Shown here in pieces: positions 48,851 to 59,343 of a stretch of DNA of 64,000 bases. The DNA is from Phyllobates terribilis (taxonomy: Eukaryota). Both the position numbers and the translations under genes were made by a program. The notes below the pieces were generated by a model. It was not told the DNA's origin and ran no database searches. It saw nothing but the letters and a program-made list of their open reading frames with translations. Location of the stretch: NCBI RefSeq assembly GCF_046119375.1, contig NW_027362763.1, positions 124,744,001-124,808,000 on the forward strand. The letters run 5' to 3'. Each line of letters starts with the position of its first letter. Within the stretch, counting starts at the first letter, position 1.

Positions 48851-50548
48851 GATGTTACCATTATCCCTCCACTGCCTCCACCCCAACAGGGATGTTACCA
48901 TTATCCCTCCATTGCCTCCACCCCAACAGGGATGTTACCATTATCCCTCCACTGCCTCCACCCCAACAGGGATGTTACCATTATCCCTCCACTGCCTCCA
49001 CCCCAACAGGGATGTTACCATTTTCCCTCCACTGCCTGCACCCCAACAGGGATGTTACCATTTTCCCTCCACTGCCTCCACCCCAACAGGGATGTTACCA
49101 TTTTCCCCTCACCCCATCAGGGATGTTATCATAATGCCTTCACTGCCCCAGCCCATCAGAGATGCTATCATTATCCCTTCACTGCTTGAGGCCATCAGGG
49201 ATGTTATGATTTCCCCTTCACTGCTTGAGGCCATCAGGGATGTTACCACTTCCTCTTCATTGCTTGAGGCCATCGGGGATGTTACCATTACCCCCTCACC
49301 CCATCAGGGATGTTACCATAATGCCTTCACTGCCCATCAGAGATGCTATCATTATCTCTTCACTGCCTCAGCCCATCAGGGATGTTACCATTATCCCTCC
49401 ACTGCCTCCACCCCAACAGGGATGTTACCATTATCCCTCCATTGCCTCCACCCCAACAGGGATGTTACCATTATCCCTCCACTGCCTCCACCCCAACAGG
49501 GATGTTACCATTTTCCCTCCACTGCCTGCACCCCAACAGGGATGTTACCATTTTCCCTCCACTGCCTCCACCCCAACAGGGATGTTACGATTTTCCCCTC
49601 ACCCCATCAGGGATGTTATCATAATGCCTTCACTGCCCCAGCCCATCAGAGATGCTATCATTATCCCTTCACTGCTTGAGGCCATCAGGGATGTTATGAT
49701 TTCCCCTTCACTGCTTGAGGCCATCAGGGATGTTACCATTTCCTCTTCATTGCTTGAGGCCATCGGGGATGTTACCATTACCCCCTCACCCCATCAGGGA
49801 TGTTACCATAATGCCTTCACTGCCCATCAGAGAAGCTATCATTATCTCTTCACTGCCTCAGCCCATCAGGGATGTTACCATTATCCCTCCACTGCCTCCA
49901 CCCCAACAGGAATGTTACCATTATCCCTCCATTGCCTCCACCCCAACAGGGATGTTACCATTATCCCTCCACTGCCTCCACTCCAACAGGGATGTTACCA
50001 TTTTCCCTCCACTGCCTGCACCCCAACAGGGATGTTACCATTTTCCCTCCACTGCCTCCACCCCAACAGGGATGTTACCATTTTCCCCTCACCCCATCAG
50101 GGATGTTATCATAATGTCTTCACTGCCGCAGCCCATCAGAGATGCTATCATTATCCCTTCACTGCTTGAGGCCATCAGGGATGTTATGATTTCCCCTTCA
50201 CTGCTTGAGGCCATCGGGGATGTTACCATTTCCTCTTCATTGCTTGAGGCCATCAGGGATGTTACCATTATCCCCTCACCCCATCAGGGATGTTACCATA
50301 ATGCCTTCACTGCCTCAGCCCATCAGAGATGCTATCATTATCTCTTCACTGCCTCAGCCCATCAGAGATGCTGTCATTATCTCTTCACTGCCTCAGCCCA
50401 TCAGAGATGCTGTCATTATCTCTTCACTGCCTCAGCCCATCAGAGATGCTGTCATTATCTTTTCACTGCCTCAACCCATCAGGGATGTTACCATTATGCC
50501 TTGAGTATCCCAGCCCATCAAGTTTATCATTATCCCTTAATTGCCCCA
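48851..50548 (+). repeat. Variant 39-bp array with 490-bp higher-order repeat
   Basis: Unit CCTCCACCCCAACAGGGATGTTACCATT[A/T]TCCCTCCACTG; marker TTTTCCCCTCACCCCATCAG at 49101, 49591, 50081. Confidence 0.92.
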
Positions 50549-50944
50549 TTGAGTGTTTTTTAGTGGATTTTCTCCTCTAAAGCTGCTTTAAAAACTCTAG
50601 GAAACCCTTTTGTTGATTTATTGTTATGGTAAATCCAATTAGCTGTTCTTTTAGGAAGTTTTTTTGATCATTTTTTTTTTGCCTGAAGAGCTCTTAAAAA
50701 AGGCCTGGAGGGAAAAAGGTGCATGTCAGTTCTCTGAAGTGGATTCTGGTGTAATTTGTTCCAAACTAGACACTGGAAAATCAAAAGGCTGCAAAGAATG
50801 ATGCAGGCAAAAAAAAAAAAAAAACTTTTCCAAAATGTTTCAAAAACTCCACTAAAATTTAAAGGTAATCTGTCACCAGGTTTTTGCCAGCTCATATGAG
50901 AGCAGCATGATGTAGGGTCAGAGACTCTGATTCCAGTGATGTAT

Positions 50945-51948
50945 TGACGCGCCCCTGGGCCTGCTGTGTCGCGCAGCGTCTCGCGCACGGGGGCTTACCC
51001 GGAACCGGATCAGATGAGGGTTGTAGTCTCCGAGTGGCGGGGACCCGGTCCGTGCCCAGGGAGTCAAACTCAGTGTGTGGCAGTCTTGATAGATGTTATT
51101 TGAGTGTCGACTACGCCACCCGTTGATTTGCAGCTATGGAGCTGCCGCTGCAGGGCAGACCGCTGAGGCCGGTGTAGAATTGTGCAGCGTGATAGTATAA
51201 CCCCCAACGGGAGGGGTATGGCCTCAGGGCAGCCGACGTGGAAGATGGGGGTAGCAGGAACCACTCAGAGACGGTGCGGTGTAATTCAGGGTCTTTACTG
51301 GTAACAACGATAGACCCTCCCGGAGTACTTGCTAGCGAACGGGGCCTGGTCAGTCCTTGAGCAGATGGGATCTCCCCTGGCCAGGCGGAGTTGTAGGCCT
51401 CCCAAACTGACTGTACTCTTCTGGCTACCTTGCTAGAAGCGGATATAAGTAGCCCACGTCCCTGAGTGTACCGTGTGGTGCTCACCCGTATGGCCGGTGA
51501 CTCGGGGCCTTCTAATGGCTTCCGCTCCACGATGGCGGTGCTGGTCCCACGCGTGTGACCGTGCCTTCGGGTTTCTGGGCCTGAGGACCTGAAATCCCCT
51601 GCCGGTCGGCTTCTGCTGCTGGGTAAGAGTTAGTCCCCACAGCCTCGGACGCCGGGTCCGGTAAGAAAGCTTCTCAGTCAGGGCGAGCTCTGCAGCTGCC
51701 AGCCCCTGACTCGTAGTAATATTGCTCCCACTGAGCTTCTGCTGTTTCTTCCTATGACTGTTTCTCGTCTCTACTTCTTCTCTACTCCTAACCCTGCCTC
51801 AGCCCCGGGTTTATATAGGGGAAGTTTTTCCCCTCCCAAGACTGGGCAGGAGGTGTGGCATGCACAGGATCCCTGACCAAAGGACCTCCCACCTGCTCTC
51901 AGACATAACATTACATTACTGTGGAAACCAGACCCCTGGGGTGCCACA
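50945..51948 (-). repeat. 3' LTR
   Basis: 99.6% identical to 57846-58849. Confidence 0.97.
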
Positions 51949-52310
51949 TTCCCCCCTAGTGAAATTTAGTACTCCGGGACTAAACATATTTTAGAAAAAC
52001 ATAACAAGATATAACAACAATAATAGTACAATAAGAAGAAACACATAAAGGTGGTCACGGCATGTCCGTAACCGGGTGCAGTCTTTGAAGAAAAGCAAGG
52101 TGTCCATTTCACCAAAACAGGGAGACGTAACCAGGTAGGGGTTTGTCCTGCCCCGAGTCCTTAACAGTCTTTAGTCCGTCCTGGGTTACGCTCCAACTAT
52201 GTACAAAGGATTCCCGGTAAATCCACCAAAGACTCCTATAAATAACTCGAAACATAAAATTACACACAAGCAACTATAAACAGGTAAACATTATAAAATA
52301 ATTTAAACAT

Positions 52311-55300
52311 TTAGATCCTCCAACGTGCGGGTAACTGGCCTCTAGTGGCCCTAGTGGACCTACAGAGCTGACTGTCTGGCCCTGAACTACAGGGTGTAGG
52401 AGCTGTCAAGGGTAAACTGGGCAGCTGTCTACGGGCCCTTTGGCTCACTAGGGGTATGGCAGGCTCACTATAAGCAGAGGGTTGATTTTCCGGGTCTGCT
52501 TGTGTAGAGTCTTCTGCCTCCTGGACCGGCTGTTCTTCCAGCTCTACCGGTTGCTCCGTAGGTACTTGGGATGATGGTTGGAGGAAGGTGAGTACGGATA
52601 CCACAACTGCACCATTGACTTGAGTCCAAGACCGAGGGAAGTCTCCGAGCACAGTACTAACCATATCTTCCCTTTCCTCTACGGGTCGATGGTCTTCTTG
52701 TTCCTCTTCAGGGTTCCGTAGCTGCTCAGGACACTTTTTCAGGTGATCCCGGGATACAATGGCTATGGTTTCCCCTCCGTCTTTACTGATGGTACAGACC
52801 TTCGGGTTCTCGTGGCTTGAGGGCAGCACGGTGTACGGGTCCTTCTCCCACTGGTCGTCCAACTTGTGGAGCCGTCTTTTCCTCTTCAAGACCTGCTCTC
52901 CGGGTACCAGGGGAACAGCGGGAGCATACTGGTTATAAGTTTTCTCTTGTCTTTCCCTAGCTTGACAGAGACTTCGCTCCACACTCTCCTGTACTTTCCG
53001 GTACTGCTGCTGCCTCTCTGTGTCCCAGTCTGCTTCTGGTGAAGTGTCCTCGGGTGTCAGGACTCCCATTTCCAGGTCAACAGGTAACTTACCAGGTCTC
53101 GCCCTCATTAGGTAAGCCGGGGTACAGTTGGTGGAACCTACCGGGATGTGGTTGTATAGGTCCACCAGATCGGGCAGCTTCTTAGGCCACAGACTGCGTT
53201 CTTCCAGGGGCAACGTTTTCAGAAGATCCATTACCACCTGGTTCATTTTCTCACAAAGTCCATTAGTTTGCGGATGATAGGGTGTCGTCCTTATCTTCCG
53301 GCAGCCATACAGATTGCAGAATTCCTGGAAGATCTCTGCTTCAAAGGCAGGTCCCTGGTCCGTCAGCACTTGGTCCGGGTACCCGTGTGGACGGCAGAAG
53401 TGCTGCTGGAAGGCTCTAGCTGCTGTTTGAGCCGTTAAGTCCTTGACGGGGACGACTACCAAGAACCGGGAGTAATGATCCACGATGGTTAGCGCGTAGA
53501 CGTAGCCACTTCTGCTTGGGGTCAGTTTTACATGATCCAAGGCTACCAGTTCCAACGGCTGCCGGGTGACGATGGACTGCAGGGGAGTTTTCTGGCTGGC
53601 ACGGTCCTTCCTTCTTAGGTTGCACGGGCCACAGTCTCTGCACCACCTCTCGATGGTTCCCCTCATGCCTACCCAGTGGAACCGCCCGCGCAGTAGGAAC
53701 TCCAGCTTCTTCCATCCGAAGTGTCCAGCCCCGTCGTGGTATGCCTCCATCACCATGGCTGCGTCTCTTCGTGGCACCACTACTTGCCAGATTAGGTCAT
53801 GCGTCCGGGAGTTAACCATTCGGCGGCACAACTTCCCCTTATAAAGGAACAGTCGACTCTTCTCAGCCCACAGTTGCTTGGCTTCTTCCGGAGCGTCTGG
53901 GTCAAGGCGAGCCTCTGGCCGAGTCAGCATCTCCTTTACCAGCCGGACGGCAGGGTCGCTGTCTTGCGTTTCCGCCCAGTTGTAGTGAGGCAAGGGGTTA
54001 AACGTAGCGGCTTGCTTACTCCCTACCCGGTGGGAACACTGGATAGTCCCATGACGGTGGAACGCAGGGAGTTCGACTTCTTCCAGTTCCTCTGGATCTT
54101 CTCCTATGTCCAGTAGATTTGGCATCCTGGACAGGGCGTCCGCGTTGGTATTGGAGCGTCCTACCCGGTATTTGATTGTGAACTCGTAGTTGGACAGACG
54201 AGCCATCCATCTCTGCTCTAGGGCACCGAGTCTTGCTGTGTCCAGGTGTGTCAACGGGTTGTTATTCGTGTACACGATGAACCGGGAAGAAGCGAGGTAG
54301 TGCTTAAAGCGTTCGGTGACTGCCCACACCACTGCCAGGAACTCTAGCTTAAAGGAGCTGTAATTCTCCGGGTTTCTCTCGGTGGGTCGCAGTTTTCGGC
54401 TGGCGTAAGCGATTACTCGTTCTTTCCCCTGCTGGATCTGGGACAGCACAGCTCCTAGCCCGATGTTACTTGCGTCAGTGTAGAGGATAAAGGGCTGGCT
54501 GTAATCGGGGTACGCCAGGATTTCATCCCCCGTGAGGGCCATCTTCAGCTGGCGGAAGGACTCTTCTTCTAACTTCTCCCATCTGAAGGGCGGCTTCTGG
54601 TTCTTGGCCTTCCAGGACTGGCCTATCAGGAGGTCCTGCATAGGAGCTGCCTTTTTGGTGAAACCGGGGATGAATCTGCGGTAATAGCCTACCAACCCAA
54701 GGAACTGCCGCACTTCCTTTATACTGGAGGGACTTGGCCATTCCTTAATTGCGGTGATCTTATCAGGGTCGGGAGCCACTCTGTCAGCGCTCACCACGTG
54801 TCCCAGGTACTGCACCTTTGGCTTCAGGAGGTGACACTTAGAGGGTTTCACCTTCAGGCCGTAACTTGCCAGGGCTTCGAACACTTCCGCCAGATGTTTC
54901 AGGTGGTCCTCATAAGTCTTGGAATATACGATGACATCGTCCAGGTACAACAGGACCGTCTCGAAGTTTTTGTGTCCCAGACAGCACTCCATTAATCGTT
55001 GGAAGGTTCCGGGTGCGTTACAAAGTCCAAACGGCATACAGGTAAACTCGCTAAGTCCCATCGGGGTGGTGAATGCGGTCTTCTCCCGGTCCGCCTCTGC
55101 TACAGGAACCTGCCAGTACCCGCTAGTGAGATCCAAGGTAGAGAAGAAGTTAGCAGATCTTAAAGCAGCCAAAGACTCCTCTATCCTTGGTAAAGGGTAC
55201 GCATCCTTGTGTGTGATACGATTGATTTTCCGGTAATCTACACACATCCTCATAGTGTTGTCTTTCTTTTTGACTAAAACTAGTGGGGCTGCCCAGGGGC

Positions 55301-55346
55301 TACAGCTATCCCGGATTACCCCAGCCTCCTTCATGTCTCTAAGCAT
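52311..55346 (-). CDS. pol: Pol (RT-RNase H-integrase), 1011 aa from internal Met; frame is open back to ~55435
   Basis: MPFGLCNAPGTFQR, LYLDDV, LYTDAS, FKLEFLAV, NADALSR, H...H...CRDCGPC, LVALDH, LTDQG, NGLCEKMN; no internal stops. Confidence 0.95.
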   Translation of the reverse strand: MLRDMKEAGVIRDSCSPWAAPLVLVKKKDNTMRMCVDYRKINRITHKDAYPLPRIEESLAALRSANFFSTLDLTSGYWQVPVAEADREKTAFTTPMGLSEFTCMPFGLCNAPGTFQRLMECCLGHKNFETVLLYLDDVIVYSKTYEDHLKHLAEVFEALASYGLKVKPSKCHLLKPKVQYLGHVVSADRVAPDPDKITAIKEWPSPSSIKEVRQFLGLVGYYRRFIPGFTKKAAPMQDLLIGQSWKAKNQKPPFRWEKLEEESFRQLKMALTGDEILAYPDYSQPFILYTDASNIGLGAVLSQIQQGKERVIAYASRKLRPTERNPENYSSFKLEFLAVVWAVTERFKHYLASSRFIVYTNNNPLTHLDTARLGALEQRWMARLSNYEFTIKYRVGRSNTNADALSRMPNLLDIGEDPEELEEVELPAFHRHGTIQCSHRVGSKQAATFNPLPHYNWAETQDSDPAVRLVKEMLTRPEARLDPDAPEEAKQLWAEKSRLFLYKGKLCRRMVNSRTHDLIWQVVVPRRDAAMVMEAYHDGAGHFGWKKLEFLLRGRFHWVGMRGTIERWCRDCGPCNLRRKDRASQKTPLQSIVTRQPLELVALDHVKLTPSRSGYVYALTIVDHYSRFLVVVPVKDLTAQTAARAFQQHFCRPHGYPDQVLTDQGPAFEAEIFQEFCNLYGCRKIRTTPYHPQTNGLCEKMNQVVMDLLKTLPLEERSLWPKKLPDLVDLYNHIPVGSTNCTPAYLMRARPGKLPVDLEMGVLTPEDTSPEADWDTERQQQYRKVQESVERSLCQARERQEKTYNQYAPAVPLVPGEQVLKRKRRLHKLDDQWEKDPYTVLPSSHENPKVCTISKDGGETIAIVSRDHLKKCPEQLRNPEEEQEDHRPVEEREDMVSTVLGDFPRSWTQVNGAVVVSVLTFLQPSSQVPTEQPVELEEQPVQEAEDSTQADPENQPSAYSEPAIPLVSQRARRQLPSLPLTAPTPCSSGPDSQLCRSTRATRGQLPARWRI

Positions 55347-55432
55347 CCCCTTGGCGTGTTGGTAATGTGCAGGGGGTACGGGTCGATACCTCTCTTTTAT
55401 GGGAGGATGATCTCCCGTGGGGATGCGGTGTT

Positions 55433-57403
55433 CTACCCCTTAACTCGCCCGAAGTCTAACGGGTGTTTACTAAACACTCTCTCATACTCTTGAACCACCC
55501 GGTAGACTCCCTGTTTCTGGTGGGAGGGAGTGGAGTCAGTTCCCAAGTGTAGTTGCTGACACCAATCCTCCATTACTTTCTTAGAGCCGTTACCTTCCTC
55601 CGGGTGAGATGGAGGCAAGGGTTCCACAGACTGTATAGAGTTTTGGTTGATGGTATATAATTTGGCTAGCGTGGCATACCGGGGTAGGTATACTTCCCTC
55701 TTCCCGATATTTATTAGGCGAACGGGCACCCTCCCATGGCGTACATTAACCACCCCCCGTGCTGTCAAAATGGTGGGCCTACTGTCTGAGTAAACTGGTT
55801 CTACCATTGCCTGGTAATCCCTACCTCTCGGACCAATAGCTGCCCGGCACCAAATCATCATTTCACTTTTTGGGGGCATGGCAATAGGGAAAGGGTCACA
55901 CATTCTTACGCTACCAATCTCACCGCCGGAGAGTTCCACCTGTTGCCGTCGCATCAGTGCCCGGATCTCTTTCTGGAGCACTCGCTGCTCGCCGGAGCTG
56001 GCGTTCTTGGCAACCTGTTGTAAAAGGAAAATCACCTCTGCAAGACAATTTTCAATTACATTAGTTCCTAGCGTTATCTTTGGGTGACTCTCGTGTTTGT
56101 CAATGTCTACAATAATCAGTCCCTGTGCTGCCAGTTCGACTCTACCAATTTTAATGGTCGCCTCTTTAAATCCGATCTGTGGCACGGGCTGACCATTGCT
56201 GGCGATGATACTCAAGTCGTCGTCAGGGTAGCGGGTTATATCCGAGTCATTCCAGTACTGCTTGAAGAGCACGTACGGGATGGTGGTGACCTGTGACCCG
56301 GTGTCCAGTAGGGCACTCATAGGGATGCCATCCAGTACCACAGGCAAGACTGGATGTCCTCCGACATATTTGTCGCGCCAGTTCGATGGGCCTGGTGATC
56401 TTTTTCCTGGGGGTTGGCCCTCTACCCCCAGGTTGTGCCAGTTTAAAGGACAGTACCTTGCCATATGTCCGGGTTGATTGCAGCGGCGGCAGATGGGTCG
56501 TCCGTCCTCGTTGTACCGGTCACTGGGTCTTCCTCTGGCCGGTGGGGTCCTCCTTGGTCGACGCCACGGGATGTCCTCCGGTCCGGATGCCAGCTGGATC
56601 TTCCCTGGAGTGGAAGCCTGTAAAGACTGCACAGTTCGGGTTAACGCAGCAACGCTTTTAGCTAGCTCTTGGACCTGATGGTGCAGGTCTGGAGCCGGGT
56701 CATTGTTCAAAGCCTGCGCATCAGCCCCTACAGGCCCTGCCGACAAGGGCGCCGCCTCCTGGTGGTAAGTGATAGCTGGGCGCCTGTGGGTCACAACACC
56801 ATCCGGTGCCGGTTCTCGGAGCACCCGGATGGCTCTGTCCTTGAACTGTGCAAATCCCAGATGAGGGTCCTGTAGGGCCATTGCCCGCAACTGGGTTCGG
56901 TGGGCATTGCAATATAAACCCTCTATAAATTGTTGAGTCAACAGCCTGTCCTTGTCTCCCACGCCGTCAGGGTCGGTCTGCTTAACGGCTCTCAGGGCCT
57001 CTTGTAGGTTCAGGGCATAGTCCCTTATACTCTCATGGGCCCGCTGTTTGCACCCGTAGAATCTAAGCTTGATCTCGGCTGAGGTGCGGGTATCAAAGGT
57101 GTCCCTCAGCCGGGTTAGTATCCCTGCGACAGTCCTCCCCCCAGGTGGCCAGGACTTTACCTCCCTTCGGGCTGCTCCGGTTAATTGGGCCACCAGGATG
57201 CTCACTTTTTGCTCTTCTGTGAGGGGGTACACCTGGAAGAGGCTATCCAGCCTTTCTCTAAAGTCCTGCAGGGTATGTGACTCCCCTGAGTACTGGGGTA
57301 GCCAGGCTGCCCCCGGGATATAGGGCATGGTGAAAGGCATGACCGCGACAGCGGTGGCGCTGGCGGGGGTTGAAGCGGTGAAGCTCTCCTCCGTATCCGA
57401 CAT
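55433..57403 (-). CDS. gag: Gag-protease (656 aa), ends early by a 1-bp frameshift at start of RT
   Basis: Capsid-like WLPQYSGE...LRDTF, CCHC knuckle CRRCNQPGHMARYC, protease LLDTGSQVTTI, then FSKHPLDFG (pre-RT). Confidence 0.9.
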   Translation of the reverse strand: MSDTEESFTASTPASATAVAVMPFTMPYIPGAAWLPQYSGESHTLQDFRERLDSLFQVYPLTEEQKVSILVAQLTGAARREVKSWPPGGRTVAGILTRLRDTFDTRTSAEIKLRFYGCKQRAHESIRDYALNLQEALRAVKQTDPDGVGDKDRLLTQQFIEGLYCNAHRTQLRAMALQDPHLGFAQFKDRAIRVLREPAPDGVVTHRRPAITYHQEAAPLSAGPVGADAQALNNDPAPDLHHQVQELAKSVAALTRTVQSLQASTPGKIQLASGPEDIPWRRPRRTPPARGRPSDRYNEDGRPICRRCNQPGHMARYCPLNWHNLGVEGQPPGKRSPGPSNWRDKYVGGHPVLPVVLDGIPMSALLDTGSQVTTIPYVLFKQYWNDSDITRYPDDDLSIIASNGQPVPQIGFKEATIKIGRVELAAQGLIIVDIDKHESHPKITLGTNVIENCLAEVIFLLQQVAKNASSGEQRVLQKEIRALMRRQQVELSGGEIGSVRMCDPFPIAMPPKSEMMIWCRAAIGPRGRDYQAMVEPVYSDSRPTILTARGVVNVRHGRVPVRLINIGKREVYLPRYATLAKLYTINQNSIQSVEPLPPSHPEEGNGSKKVMEDWCQQLHLGTDSTPSHQKQGVYRVVQEYERVFSKHPLDFGRVKG

Positions 57404-57821
57404 CCTTCTCCCCCCTAGTGGACCGTGGCCTACCTTGCGATGATCCTCTTCCGTAGGCCGCGGCTCCGCAGTGGATCGTCAGGGTTGAGGACCTTCCGTT
57501 GCGCTCCGGTGACGTCGGCGTCTGCTGGGCTCCTTCCAGGACCTTACGCAACGTCCGGACGTGAGGCGGGGCTTCAGTTCTCGCGGGCTTTTCGGAGTCC
57601 ACGCTTCTCTTCTTCCCGCGCAGCGTCCTCAAGATGGCGTCCAACGGCGGGAAAACTCCACGGATGGCGGGAAGAAGGCTGAAGATGGCGCCGGATGGCG
57701 GGAATCTTCACAGATGGCGGGAAGAAGGCTGAAAATGGCGCCGGATGGCGGGAATCTTCACCACAGGTGAGTTTGAAAGTCTCTTTTTCAGGCACGCAGT
57801 ACCCGGTGGTTGTGGGCACGA

Positions 57822-57840
57822 AATCCTGCCGACTACGCCA
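57822..57840 (-). other. Primer-binding site, tRNA-Ser
   Basis: Plus strand AATCCTGCCGACTACGCCA equals the tRNA-Ser 3' end; identical to the PBS at 23470-23488. Confidence 0.9.
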
Positions 57841-57845
57841 AAAGT

Positions 57846-58849
57846 TGACGCGCCCCTGGGCCTGCTGTGTCGCGCAGCGTCTCGCGCACGGGGGCTTACC
57901 CGGAACCGGATCAGATGAGGGTTGTAGTCTCCGAGTGGCGGGGACCCGGTCCGTGCCCAGGGAGTCAAACTCAGTGTGTGGCAGTCTTGATAGATGTTAT
58001 TTGAGTGTTGACTACGCCACCCGTTGATTTGCAGCTATGGAGCTGCCGCTGCAGGGCAGACCGCTGAGGCCGGTGTAGAATTGTGCAGCGTGATAGTATA
58101 ACCCCCAACGGGAGGGGTATGGCCTCAGGGCAGCCGACGTGGAAGATGGGGGTAGCAGGAACCACTCAGAGACGGTGCGGTGTAATTCAGGGTCTTTACT
58201 GGTAACAACGATAGACCCTCCCGGAGTACTTGCTAGCGAACGGGGCCTGGTCAGTCCTTGAGCAGATGGGATCTCCCCTGGCCAGGCGGAGTTGTAGGCC
58301 TCCCAAACTGACTGTACTCTTCTGGCTACCTTGCTAGAAGCGGATATAAGTAGCCCACGTCCCTGAGTGTACCGTGTGGTGCTCACCCGTATGGCCGGTG
58401 ACTCGGGGCCTTCTAATGGCTTCCGCTCCACGATGGCGGTGCTGGTCCCACGCGTGTGACCGTGCCTTCGGGTTTCTGGGCCTGAGGACCTGAAATCCCC
58501 TGCCGGTCGGCTTCTGCTGCTGGGTAAGAGTTAGTCCCCACAGCCTCGGACGCCGGGTCCGGTAAGAAAGCTTCTCAGTCAGGGCGAGCTCTGCAGCTGC
58601 CAGCCCCTGACTCGTAGTAATATTGCTCCCACTGAGCTTCTGCTGTTTCTTCCTATGACTGTTTCTCGTCTCTACTTCTTCTCTACTCCTAACCCTGCCT
58701 CAAACCCGGGTTTATATAGGGGAAGTTCTTCCCCTCCCAAGACTGGGCAGGAGGTGTGGCATGCACAGGATCCCTGACCAAAGGACCTCCCACCTGCTCT
58801 CAGACATAACATTACATTACTGTGGAAACCAGACCCCTGGGGTGCCACA
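57846..58849 (-). repeat. 5' LTR
   Basis: Minus strand starts TGTGGCACCCC and ends GGCGCGTCA; PBS follows. Confidence 0.97.
58711..58718 (-). promoter_or_regulatory. TATA box of 5' LTR
   Basis: TATATAAA on minus strand ~130 bp into the LTR; candidate AGTAAA poly(A) signal downstream (plus TTTACT ~58195-58200). Confidence 0.55.
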
Positions 58850-59343
58850 GTATCACTTAATTGGCTACCTGCTGTCATTTTTATAAAATCCCTGTTTTCT
58901 CTGCTGCAGATCTAGTAGTTCTCTAAATGCTGAGCTCTGTATAACTCCGCCCACACCACAGACTGGCAGCTTTCTGTGTACACTGTGCATAGGCAGCAGG
59001 TTTACTAGTCCTCCATTGAAAATGCCCTACTGCTAAAACAGTGACTTTATCAAAACTACAGTAAGAAGCACAGCAAGTGACACATAGCTGAAATCAGGGC
59101 CTTTGTCCCTACATTATGCTGCTCTCAGATTAAGTGTTAAAGCCTTTGTGATGGATTCTCATTTGGGGGAGGTGTGTGCGGTCTGGATTTATTTAAGGGA
59201 TAAAGTCCGTATTACGGTAGTTTATGGGAGTCTGGTCTGTCATCTTCATTAATTTTGAGGTTAGATAAAGGGGGTCATATATACTCTTTGTGATTCAAAT
59301 GCCATAGGACCGAACCCCCATTCTACCAAGGTGGGATGCATAC

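Larger units (their letters stand above)
50945..58849 (-). mobile_element. Young, near-intact Ty3/Gypsy LTR retrotransposon (7905 bp)
   Basis: 1004-bp LTRs with 4 mismatches, TSD GTAT (50941-50944, 58850-58853), tRNA-Ser PBS, PPT ACTAGGGGGGAA, gag-PR-RT-RH-IN. Confidence 0.98.
50863..59163. mobile_element. T2/Kolobok-type MITE split by the Gypsy insertion
   Basis: TTAA|AGGTAATCTGTCA start; left arm GAGAGCAGCATGATGTAGGGTCAGAGACTCTGATT pairs with right arm AATCAGGGCCTTTGTCCCTACATTATGCTGCTCTC (~59090-59128); right terminus degenerate. Confidence 0.65.

Noticed and set aside
47780-48861. Minus-strand 263-355-aa His/Pro/Ser ORFs
   Set aside because: Translations of the G/A-rich minisatellite inside the MITE.
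27443-50548. CRISPR-like array
   Set aside because: Units are contiguous with no unique spacers, there are no cas genes, and the context is vertebrate.
55430-55445. Programmed -1 gag-pol frameshift
   Set aside because: No X XXY YYZ slippery heptamer, and the break lies after the protease inside a conserved pre-RT motif; a 1-bp G-run deletion or error explains it.
11277-57840. tRNA-Ala and tRNA-Ser genes
   Set aside because: Only 18-19-nt 3'-end matches including CCA, adjacent to LTRs: primer-binding sites.
51111-58431. Duplicated 139-aa ORF (MERKPLEG...) and other ORFs inside LTRs
   Set aside because: They lie within GC-rich LTRs, are duplicated only because the LTR is, and show no recognisable motif.
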